A stretch of DNA of 64,000 bases from the human T2T-CHM13v2.0 reference genome, Homo sapiens, in NCBI RefSeq assembly GCF_009914755.1, contig NC_060942.1; one strand, written 5' to 3'. This document shows, in pieces, positions 1 to 11,721 of this stretch (its first letter is position 1; every line of letters starts with the position of its first letter). The position numbers and the translations under genes are program-made. The notes below the pieces were generated by a model. The model worked only from the letters and a program-made list of their open reading frames with translations, was not told where the DNA came from and ran no database searches.

Positions 1-629
1 TCACTGGCTTTGCGCCATCTATGACAGGGTCTCCATCCTAGGGTCTGGGGGATGTTAACTGGGAAAAAGGAGATTGGGGCATATGAGGAGGGCAGGAGGA
101 AGAAAGATTTAAGATCTTTTGGGGGCTTTAATCCAAGTAATCACTTAAAGAATTGGCAGTTTTTAGCACCTCTAGGATCCAATTTTAGGTTATATGTCAT
201 TGGAAATCCAAAAGATACAGGAAACACCGTACTGCCTATGAACATCTAGCTGAGGAGGTAAGACATGCACAGCTGAGAAAGAGGACAGGTGAGCCTTTGG
301 TCACTTGCAAATTGGGGTCAGAACTGCTCCATGGTGTGGATGGCATGGAAAAGAATTGGCTTCACTTACGAGTGCTTTAGGTAATTCATTCTGTACTGTG
401 TTGGGCCCACAATGCATGTTCAGCAATTTTACTTAATACTCAACCAGGTAAAACAGCAGATTCCAGGATACCTCAGCACATCCTTACAATTCTGCACTTT
501 AAGGGCAATTTGATTTTGCCATGGTTTCTCTTGCAATGTTAAAGGTTGGAGACAGGGCAGAGTGAAAGGTATTCTCTCTTAATGCTCCAGTTACACATAA
601 AGGGTAGGTGTTCCTATTTCCTGCTCCCC

Positions 630-730
630 TGCCTATATTATAGATAAGAAAACGGAGGCTCAGGGAGGTTGGGTTACTTGCTTAAGGTCACCCAGCTGCG
701 AATCTGCCTCATTCCAAGGTCTGTGCTCGC
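630..730 (-). mobile_element. MIR SINE fragment
   Basis: tatagataagaaaacggaggctcagggaggttgggttacttgcttaaggtcacccagct matches the MIR core in reverse orientation. Confidence 0.75.
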
Positions 731-2940
731 TTGGTTATTCCAAAGAGCCTGAGAGGCTGAGTGTTTGGAAGCAGGACAAGCCTAGCTCTGAAACAGGTAT
801 GGGTAGGAGGACCGGGTCAGGTTGGGCCAAGAGCTGTGGGAGGAGCTGGGAACTGAGGGGCTCAGGACTCTGAGGCTGTTTTGGTGCTAAATAAAACAAA
901 ATAACAACATAGCACCATAATAAAACTTGTAGATTATTATTAATCAATTAATCAATACTCTGTTGAAATAGGAAAAATTCAAGGACAGATGAATTTCTAC
1001 GTTGTTTTCTGCTCCCGGACCATCCCAACTGCTTTGCTAGGGCCCAGTCACTGTCTCCAGCTGAAGTCAGTTTTCCTTGAACTTACTGATGTTGATCTTA
1101 CAGAGTTATAAGTTACGCTTATCACTGTGAAGACTGGCTGCAGCCAGCAGAGCTCGCTATGGTAGGCAATGGCTCATCTGAATCCAGCGCACATCTTGTT
1201 TTGAATTCCGCATAGGCTCAATTATGAGAGGCCTTCAAGGGAGCCTTATTTTGGGGGTGGCTTTATTCTTTTTCCCCATGCCGGGCACAGGCAGAAGCAT
1301 CTCTCGGTGTGATCATCTTGCAGGCCGCTGGGCAGGTTTACAGCTTTTCCGACACTTCACAGAGAACTGCTGCTTACAGTATAATTTCTTTTTTAATATA
1401 CACAAGACTGGAAATTAGGCATGAATGACAATGTGATCACATCTTAGGACGAGCGAAGGAAAGTCCCGAGAATGGAAGCTTTTGCAGGAGCTCACAGCTA
1501 GGGAGGCATGAAGCCCAGGCTGGAGTGTTCTGGTTGGAAATCAGTGTGATGCTCACCTCCCTGCACAGCCTCACCTGGACCACCACCTTCCACCCGCTCA
1601 CATCTCCCGTCCTCTGAGCTTCACTGCTCATGGCAGGCTTCCTCCACGGTGCCTTCCTGCCAGTGTGACCCACTCGGACCTTTCCCTGCCACGGCTGTGC
1701 TGCTCACACAAACGCTTGCTGCCCCCAGGTTTTGATGCTGGGACACCTACTAGGTTGATTAGTCTCTGTAGTTTGCACATGTTGTTCTCCCACCAAGTCA
1801 GGCTCTGTGCGTTACCCATGCTGCTAGCACAGCGCTTGGCACACGCATATTTTGAGTTGAGAACTTACTTTAAAACCATCTTCCAAATTTTGTACCCTGG
1901 CGGCTCATAGTCAGAGAACAGAGAAGTTAAGACTTTAGGACTCCACCACACTTTAAGGCCCACTGGGTGGGTCTGCACCAGCGCTTGCCTGTCTGTTCAC
2001 ACGTTCTCTCTCCCTGGGCCTGGACACGTCCTTCCTCACTTCTCACACTCAGCACTGTGTCCTTGCCCAAGTACAGACTCTCTTCCACTGCCCCCGCATC
2101 CCAAGGGAGCCCAGGATTGCTGCCCGTCTATGCACCTGTAGCTGTTTGTTCTTATTTCTACAACGGCATTATTCACATGAAAACCCTGCAGATGGATCTG
2201 AGTTCCTTAGGATAAGACCTGCCCTGACCATGTCTGAGGCTGAGCCCTGCAGACAACCTGGCCCACAGCAATTATATTTGCCTAATGAAGGCAAGGAATG
2301 TGGCTTACACAGACAAGAAAGCTCTCATTAAAATGTATTAGACACTAAGGATTCCATAGGAAACATACCTGGGATCATTAACAAGGTAAAGAATAGGATT
2401 TTTTTTTTTTTTTAAGATGTCTTAAGTTGCTCTGAGGCAGTGAGAGGGCAATTTGCTGCTGAGCAAAAACCTCCTCTGCCAGAGATTCAGGATCCACTGA
2501 GAAGTCAGGATGGCTTTGGAGCTTATCTACCCCATTACCCTGGTTCATGCCCTCCTCCACCCCTGCCGCGGCCTAAGCGGTGTCCCAAAGGCAGGGTGAG
2601 GGCTCCCGTCTCCCTGCTCCCACAGCTCTTTGTGGGTGTGTGTCCTGTCTGGGAGCTAGTGTGAAGTGTTGTCTCAGTGTGCGCTGTCCTCAGCGCCGGG
2701 GCTCCAGGAGGCTCCACTCTGACTTAGGCTTGCAACAAGGCCCAGCACATAAGGGTTCGGTACAGCTTGATCTAGGCATGAATGTGTGAGCAGAGCCTGT
2801 GACCACCGCTTCACTCCCACTCCGGGGATGGGGTGGGGAGGGCATGTGAGGAGCACTCCTCCTTCTGATCTGCTCAAGGCTGTACTCTCTGGACCCCTTT
2901 GTACCCCTTTCCCATTCCTATCCCTTTTGGACTTTTTGCA

Positions 2941-3012
2941 TGCATGTATGTATGTATGTTTACAAGTGTGCACGTGTATGTGTGTATATGTGTGTGTATG
3001 AGTGTGTGTGTG
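2941..3012. repeat. (TG)/(TATG) degenerate microsatellite
   Basis: tgcatgtatgtatgtatg...gtgtgtatgagtgtgtgtgtg. Confidence 0.85.
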
Positions 3013-6000
3013 TAAGTGAAGAATGGGGACAGTTATCTGAAGGCAGCTTAGACAAACTGAAATATGAAGAAGAGCTGTTTAATCGAATGCCTGGGCCTCT
3101 TTTCTAGGTAACATGTGCCCCCCGACAGAGCCAGCCAAAGGAAGGTGTGAGCCCCTCATGATGGCAGTGACTGCATGCTTTCTGGGTGCAAACACTTTGC
3201 AGGAGTATGTGATAATCAGTATGCTTTTAGTTATTGTTTATCCTGCACCCCGTGTTGCTGCCTAGGAAGGTGGAGGCTGACTGAGCTAGTGGTTGAGAAA
3301 GGCACAGAAAGTGTGCGTGCATCTCCCAGAACTGTAACGTCACACGTGTGGATGGTGGAGTTGCTTAGACACCAATGCCTGAGGTTCAGGAAGCTGCCGC
3401 ATGCCCACGTCTTTGTGGCGCTAAAACCCCCGCACTCTTACACCTAGACAAGCTGATCAGGTGAAGGGGCTAACTCCAGAAGTGATAATAGAAGCATGAT
3501 TTGTTTCACCCCTAATTCTATTAGGAAAAAACTGGCTGTAGTCCTTGAATAGAGCTCAATGACAATTTGAAGAGTACTAGAGAAGCCAATAAATTCATTA
3601 ATAGGGAAGATTGTTTTAGCTAGACAAAAAGGTAATAGCCTTCATTGTAGTAGTTTAATTAGAAAAATAATAAACTCCCTTAGGAAGGATGAAAGCCCAT
3701 AATTAAAAAGATGAGCTATTTGGAGGAATTCTGAATAGTACCTCTTCTCAGATTTGTTCCTAGCTGCTCTATTCATGGTCCAAAAGCACTTAGCAAGCTG
3801 AGGAATTAGTGGAAAATGTACTTACCTTCAGCTCTGAAGCAGGAACTTTCTGGGCAAAATGAATGAGAAGGAATGAGCTCGGAGAGAAAAGCAAGCAAGT
3901 GGACCTTGGGCCGGGAAGGGCCGGAACACATGCATCACCGGAGATACAGCTAGATTGTTATCATTACCTTGAATAAATGTCATCCCACATGAACTGTGCA
4001 TTTCTGGTAATGTGAAGTTAGAGAAATGGAAAGACACAGGCAGATGAAGACATAATTTCCATGAGCTCAGCTAGTCAAGGTTACTTCCAATGTTTATGAC
4101 AATGTTTCTAGCAGATTATGGAATTGTCATCTTGCTCTTTTTAAATGCCACTTTAGAGTTGCATTTATTTCCAAAAAGAACTAAGGAATTAAATAAATCA
4201 GGTTTTTGAGAAAATGGTTTTGGAAGAATTTGTTTTAAAACTTCTAGCAAACTTCTTGATATATCTTGCAAATATTTGGCTCATTAGTTTCATTAAGAAG
4301 AAGGGAATAGCCCCATTATCCCTATTTCACAAGACTAAACAATGAGAGTGAGGGAACTGTGTGCTCAAGTGCACATATGACGCATGGGTCCAGACAAGAA
4401 AAAAACCCTGTGTTCTGCCAATGCTTCTCCGTCCAAAAACTTCACAGAAACCGCCATAGATAAGAGCCATCATTCAAAGCAAAATTCTTCCATTTTAGGG
4501 TGCAATGCTGTGTGTTTTCTGCCTGCCGGGGCCTGCAGGGAAGGGCTACTGTTGGTGTCAGTCACAGCAACAGGAATGTTGAAGTGTGGAATTGGGCCAA
4601 GTTTCCAGATGGTCCTGGGTTTTTGGGGCTGGGGCCAAACCAGTGGCTGTTTCTGAAATGTGAGCTTCCGCCCCAAGCTAAAAAGTGTTCACACGTGGGT
4701 GGTCTGGAAAAGACCAAAGAGAGAGACCTGAGTTGAATTTGCCAGGCGGGTAAACACAATTTTATAAAGTGGCTTTTCCTGGCCTGTCACTGAGGCAAAG
4801 CGTGTTGTCCCCAGGAACTCATGGACCCAGGATCATCCCAGACTTCGACTGTTTCTGAGTAGGTGTGTGCCTCCGCAACATGCCCTGCAGCTGAAACCCG
4901 GCGTTCCACAGGCCTCTTTCCCTCTTCAGTCATGTAGTTGAGATAACAGAGAAAAGCAAGGCATTGCCTCCAGAAAGCTACTGTATTATCTGGAAAAGTA
5001 GAGACAACTCGTCCTTAGCCCTTGTACTTGCAGAAGCAGAGGCCCTTTGTCAGAGATCTGTGGATCTGATTAGCTGATTGGGAAAACCGGTGGCCAGCCC
5101 TGGGGAGTGGGACATCAGGCAGGCTGCAGACAATGGGAACACTGTCTGGAGGAGGCGAGCCTCGGCCAGTCCCCTGGGTGGGACCTGGGCCACTCTGATT
5201 GGGAGGGACAGGGAGAGACTTCCAGCAGGGGGAAGGTTGCCTAGGGGTTTGGCTAAGCCCTGCAAAGAGAGTAGCTATTGCTATTTTAGTTCTTCCATTT
5301 TGGGGGCTCATCTCTCTCCAATTTTTAGAGAAAAGGGGGCAAAAATCTCTTGGAAGGAGCAGAGTAGAAATGACAGAGTTTAGAACCAGAAGACACGCGG
5401 TCAGAGTTCTGAGTGCCAGGCCTCTAGGACTCCATTGCCTGGTGTAAAGCGGGCTGTTGTGAGAATTCAGACTAGGTTTGTAACAGTGCTCAGGGAAATC
5501 TAAAACCATATGCCAATACCTATGGTTTTTGTTATAACCCTGTCCAAACACTCTTGAAATAGTGGTATTTTAAAAGAAATATCTTTGCTGTAGGGAAACC
5601 CATTCAGCTGGTGATCATTGGAAAGCAAACTTGTAAGTGGAGATGCTGGTAGATGAACTCTGATGACCATGTTACAACTGCGCCACCATTCCGTCACCAG
5701 CCCAGTCTCTCTCTCATCCCAAGAGATACGATGGAAAAGGGGAATTTTAGGGAGCATTCAAAGGGCTTCTGTATGCACCCTTTCTTCTCTTCTCACACAA
5801 TCGTATACAACTCGGTCACTTTCACAAATACAACTTCCTCCCCAGTGCTTGTCCCTCTCATGGAAAAGCTAAAGAGGCAGAGAGAGAGAAAGAGTGAGAG
5901 GGTGGGGGAGGCTTGGGAGGCAGAGCAAGGGGAAAGGAGATGCAATGGGGAAACAGAAGGGGACAGGAAGAAGAGACAGGGCCGGGGATCTGTCTTTTGT

Positions 6001-6149
6001 GTTTGCAGGACTGCCCCATTCTGACATAGAAAATGCTGGGGTTGGAAGGTAACTCACAAATGTCTTTGCTGAAATCTGCAGTGGAAGCAATGGTAAGAAT
6101 CCACAGTGGGTTTCCTATGTGCCAGCCATGATGAATGTTCTCAGTGCTG

Positions 6150-6335
6150 TACATATCTCGACATTTAATCTTCTCAGCACATGTGTGAAGTCACCTTACA
6201 GACCCCATTTATAGATGGGGATCTGAGAAGTTCAGTGGCTCTACAGAGGCCATGATAGCACTTAAGACTTTCCTGTAAGAACGATGAGGAGTCAGGACTA
6301 GGATGACATGACCTGATTCAGGCTTTAAAGGATCC
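6150..6335 (-). mobile_element. MIR SINE fragment
   Basis: ccccatttatagatggggatctgagaagttcagtggct is MIR core-like. Confidence 0.55.
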
Positions 6336-6469
6336 TCTCCACGGGTTGTAGGGGCCAGAGGGGAGACGGGACAGTGGTAGAGGTGGGTGCCTGGTGGGAG
6401 CTGCTTGAGGAGGAAATGGGAAGTGAGGAGAGGAGACAGCAAGCATGGACAAGCTCTTATGAAACATTT

Positions 6470-7190
<721 letters not shown>

Positions 7191-7206
7191 CGAGGGCTTT
7201 CAGAAG

Positions 7207-7289
7207 TTTTGATGTGAGAAGGTGTGGAGGGGGAGTGCATAGGGAGTATTTTGATGTGAGAAGGTGTGGAGGGGGAGTGGATAGGGAGT
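7207..7289. repeat. 42-bp tandem duplication (2 copies)
   Basis: ttttgatgtgagaaggtgtggagggggagtg(c/g)atagggagt at 7207 and 7249. Confidence 0.95.
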
Positions 7290-7904
7290 GAGTGGGGCCT
7301 GCCTTTTTGGAAAAGACCTCGTGGGTAGGTAACTTGTTTGTGGATGAGAGTATCCAGCAGAAAGCGTGGGCTCGGTCAACAGGTCACAGTGCAGCGGAGA
7401 TGGACACACATTCCTGAGCAGGCAGGGGGCGGATCCTGAGCACTAGAGGAGAGGGTGACCTTGGCCAGAATGGCGAGACAGCAGGCACAGCTGTAGGGAG
7501 GCCATAGCCTGGTGGAGGGAAGATGAGGGCCTGCCTCTTGATTGCATATTTTCTCACGGAAGTACGAGGCAATCTTATTTTAGTCTGATATATAAACAAT
7601 TGTGTAACTGCTCCAATATCTGAGCTACCCCAGTGAATTAGGAGAGTGTATTTGACATATGAGCATGACTGACAGGGCTCACTAAAGCCATGCCACCCAG
7701 CCTAAAGAGGACCAGCCAAGGACTCAAATGTACCTCCCACCCATAAAGCCAAAGGAAGCACATTTCCAGTCTACATTTCCCATTTGGGCCCACTTTTCAG
7801 TCTTCAAGGAAATATTTTGAAATCCATTTGTAGAACACCTCCACTTGCACAAAAAGCCCCACAGTAACGATTGGCACAGAGCTGGTGCTCAGTAAGACTC
7901 TCCT

Positions 7905-8317
7905 TGAGATTTTTATTGTCTTCATAATAAAAGATGACACTTAGAACGGGATCACTTGGCCCTTTCTCTTCTTATCTCCTCCCAGTTCAAAATGCTTGCA
8001 TCTTTTAATAGCCAGCATTCTCTTGGATCTGCAGTTGGGCTCAACGCACTCAAGCCTTAGCACAGTATTCTTTGTAGTTTTAGCCTTTTTCTGGAAAATC
8101 GGCTTAGTCTGCCCACCATAGCCACTCTGCTTCCTGTTATAACGCCACTTTCCCTGGGCATACAGAGAATCCTTGCCCTTCTTGTACTGTGTCACTTTGT
8201 GGGGTTGGTGCTTGCCACACTTCTTACAGAAAGTCCGGTGGGTTTTAGGGACGTTAACCATGCTTGCGTGAGCGCTATCGGCACGGCAAGAAAGAAGAGG
8301 TGCCGGAAACGGAAGTA
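7905..8317 (-). pseudogene. RPL36AP: Processed RPL36A (60S ribosomal protein eL42) retrocopy; CDS-equivalent 8261->7941, 106 aa, no stop or frameshift
   Basis: Translates [38 protein letters not shown]...GGQTKPIF...[36 protein letters not shown]. Intronless, with RPL36A-like 5'UTR (gatagcgctcacgcaagcATG) and 3'UTR with AATAAA. K38 as in RPL36A rather than RPL36AL. Confidence 0.95.
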
Positions 8318-8615
8318 TCTTCTTTTGCTTTTTGAGACACAGTCTCACTGTGTCACCCAGGCTGGAATGCAGCAGTGCAAACTTGGCTCACTACTGCGTC
8401 GACCTCTCAGGCTCCACCAATCCTCCTGCCTCAGCCTCCCGAGTAGCTGGGACTACATGGATGTGCCACCATGCCCAGCTAATTACTGTATTTTCTGTAG
8501 TGATAGGGTTTTGCCATGTTGCCCAGGCTGGTCTTGAACTCCTGAACTCAAGTGATCTGCCGCCTTGACTTCTCAAAGTGCTGAGATCACAGGTGTGAGC
8601 CACTGCACTTGGCCC
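8318..8615 (-). mobile_element. Alu (AluJ-like, diverged)
   Basis: Diverged Alu dimer in reverse; its A-tail abuts the 5' end of the RPL36A copy. Confidence 0.93.
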
Positions 8616-8719
8616 CTGTTCCTGACTTCCTGTCAGCCCTCTGTTAATTTCCAAATACATTTGCCTCTTCATCCTCACACCAATCTCATGCATTGCATAA
8701 AGGATAATGAAGATTTATC

Positions 8720-9080
8720 CATTCATTTCCTCACTTATTCAGCTCTCATTCGATGAGTATGTACCACGCGCCGGGCACCATGCAGGTGCTGGGGATGCAG
8801 GTGTGTATGACACAGCCTCTGACCTAGAAGAGTTGAGTATCTAGTTGGGAAGAAGGACCACATAGGTGTAAGTGTGCCACACAAGTGATAAGGGCTAGAT
8901 CCAAAGTCTATCTAAAATATTTGGGGAACTCTGATGTAAAAGTACCTATTCCTCCTTTAGGTGAGTGTAAGGATGTCTTCCTATGTTGTTTAAGTTGCAT
9001 TGTGAGGGGTAAATCGAATTTTGCTAAGCAGATATGGTTGGGAAGAGGATCGCAGGAGGTGCAGGAAAGCAATTATGAAA
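8720..9080 (-). mobile_element. L2 LINE 3' fragment
   Basis: attcatttcctcacttattc...ccgggcaccatgcaggtgctggggatgcag...gacctagaagagttgagtatctagttgggaag is L2 3'-like. Confidence 0.6.
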
Positions 9081-9294
9081 GTGCGTGTGGCAGGATCTAG
9101 GAGGAGTGGAGAGTGAACGGGGAAGGGTGAGGGAAAGGACATGCCAGTCTTGGTGGTTCACAGTATGGACTGTGGAGCCAGACTGCCCGGGTGTGGATTT
9201 TGGATCTGCAGCTGATTTTGAACCAGTTACCTCACCTTTCCAGGCCTTTGCTTTTTAGTTTCCTTCTCACTAAAAGAATATTAATACCTCCTAG

Positions 9295-10001
<707 letters not shown>

Positions 10002-10949
10002 ACATTACTAGTTAGTGCTGTTTAAATGAGTTAACTTGTAAAGCATTTAGAACAACACCTGGCATATAGTGAGTGCTACACAGGAGACCGTTAAACTAAA
10101 TACAAGGATAGAGGGTGGGGAGTGCTGAGGACATGGCAGGAGTTAAGCCAGCACAATTTGGATCATAAAAATATCTTGTATACCATATAAAAGAACTGAA
10201 TTTTTAACTAGAGGAGTATATTAAAAGTAGGTAAGTGCTTTGTCAATGTGGACAGAGAGAGTAAAGGCAGTGCCTAGCACATATAAATGCTTGGTGATGA
10301 CTGCTTTAGTTGTTTCATTGTTGTCTTGTAATCGCAGGAGTTCCCTGACTGCTGGGTAGGGGCAGAGCAGGGGGCGACTTTGAGAGTGCAAGTTACTCAT
10401 CGAAGGAGAGGTGGTGACACCAGCCACAACCTAAACCTGAAGGCTGTTTTAAGAATTGTGTTTATTAGTTTATTAATTTAGGGAGGTAGGTGGTGGCTAT
10501 TTATGAAATAGGGTTTGTGCCTTAGCCCCACTGTGTGCAGATCACCACCACTGGGGCTGGAGAAGCTATAAAACAAAGAGTGGGTGAGACCAGGTCACGG
10601 AGTCAATGTCAGAGCCTGGGGAGAGCTGAAAGCCACACTGGAAATCTTCTATCTCTGTATAGCCCTCCTTGCCTCACCAATGAAGAAACTGTCCCCAGAA
10701 AGGCTGACTTGCCTTCCTGCCCAGCAGCTGCTCTGAGGGGATAAAAGGCTGAGGCTGCCTCTGCTTGCCTGTGCCTGCTGTCTGCACAACAGCAAGCACT
10801 TTCTCTCTGCCTTCTCTGCTTCAAGTAACCCTTAGTTCTTCTGACTTCTATATTTTCATCCCAATAATCACTTATTGTTTTCTCTTCCCGAACTTTTCTA
10901 GTATTCCCACATCCCTCCCAGATTGGAGCTTTGGTTAGACACAGAGACA

Positions 10950-11320
10950 GTCAATGTCCTGCAATGGATGGTTCACTCAGACTGGATTATTTGAGACAAG
11001 TTTAATAAAAGGGTCATTTACAAAGATGTAAGCAGAGTAGAGCAAGCCATACCGCAGAGCACGGAATCTGGGCACAGCCATGCCTCTCAGCTGCCCTGGG
11101 TCTGAGGCATGTATCCAGCCTGTGGTGACCTGCAGGGGAGAGCTGGGAAAATACCCTGTCTCCCCTCTCTCCTGTTTGACTCTTGGGTTTAATCCAACCA
11201 GAAGCCGGGGCAAGGAAGTTACTGATATATCCCTTGTGCTCAGCCTCTTGGGCCACAGAGCTGGAGGGAGAGGCTGGACAGGGGATCTGGAGAGGCAAAT
11301 GGTAGATTTCTGCACTATTA
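10950..11320 (-). mobile_element. ERVL-class LTR (LTR33-like) fragment
   Basis: gatggttcactcagactggattatttgagacaagtttaataaaagggtcatttacaaag resembles LTR33 in reverse. Confidence 0.6.
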
Positions 11321-11327
11321 AATACAA

Positions 11328-11721
11328 TGTGTGGAGGCCATTGTTTGGACTGAGCTTCTGCACCTGGCCACAACAGATCAGACGAAACTAGAATGGAGTC
11401 ACTTGTGCCAGGTGCCATATAACCAAAGTGAGCCTAGAAATGGGCCTGTTTCCCCCAAAAAACTGGGAGATTCAGAGCAACCAGTCCTAAGGGGCCCAGT
11501 CAACCTAAGTCAGTGACTCTATAAGGAAAGTAATTCTGAAACAACCCATCTGCTTTTTGTTCCCTCTTTCTGCTTCTTCAGCCTCTTCTGCCTATAAAGC
11601 CTACCTCCTCTGCCCAGCTATCAATGCCCCTTTCATAGATGGGGTGCCACCCAACTCATGAATCATTAATAAAAGCCAATTAGGTCTTTAAACACAATTT
11701 GTTGAAATGTTTTCTTTGACA
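11328..11721 (+). mobile_element. Solo LTR, ERV1/MER4-group
   Basis: TG...CA termini (tgtgtggaggccattgtttggactgagc ... ttctttgaca); TATA-like cctataaa at ~11592; AATAAA at ~11668. Confidence 0.75.

Noticed and set aside
5015-5551. 178-aa minus-strand ORF
   Set aside because: No recognisable homology or exon structure; overlapping frames are equally open.
5594-6092. Small AG/GT-bounded segments at 5594-5632 and 6009-6092
   Set aside because: Weak acceptor or in-frame stops; such sites are expected by chance.
8262-8348. 29-aa N-terminal extension of the RPL36A ORF in the track
   Set aside because: Starts at a non-ATG codon inside the Alu; the true start is the ATG at 8261.
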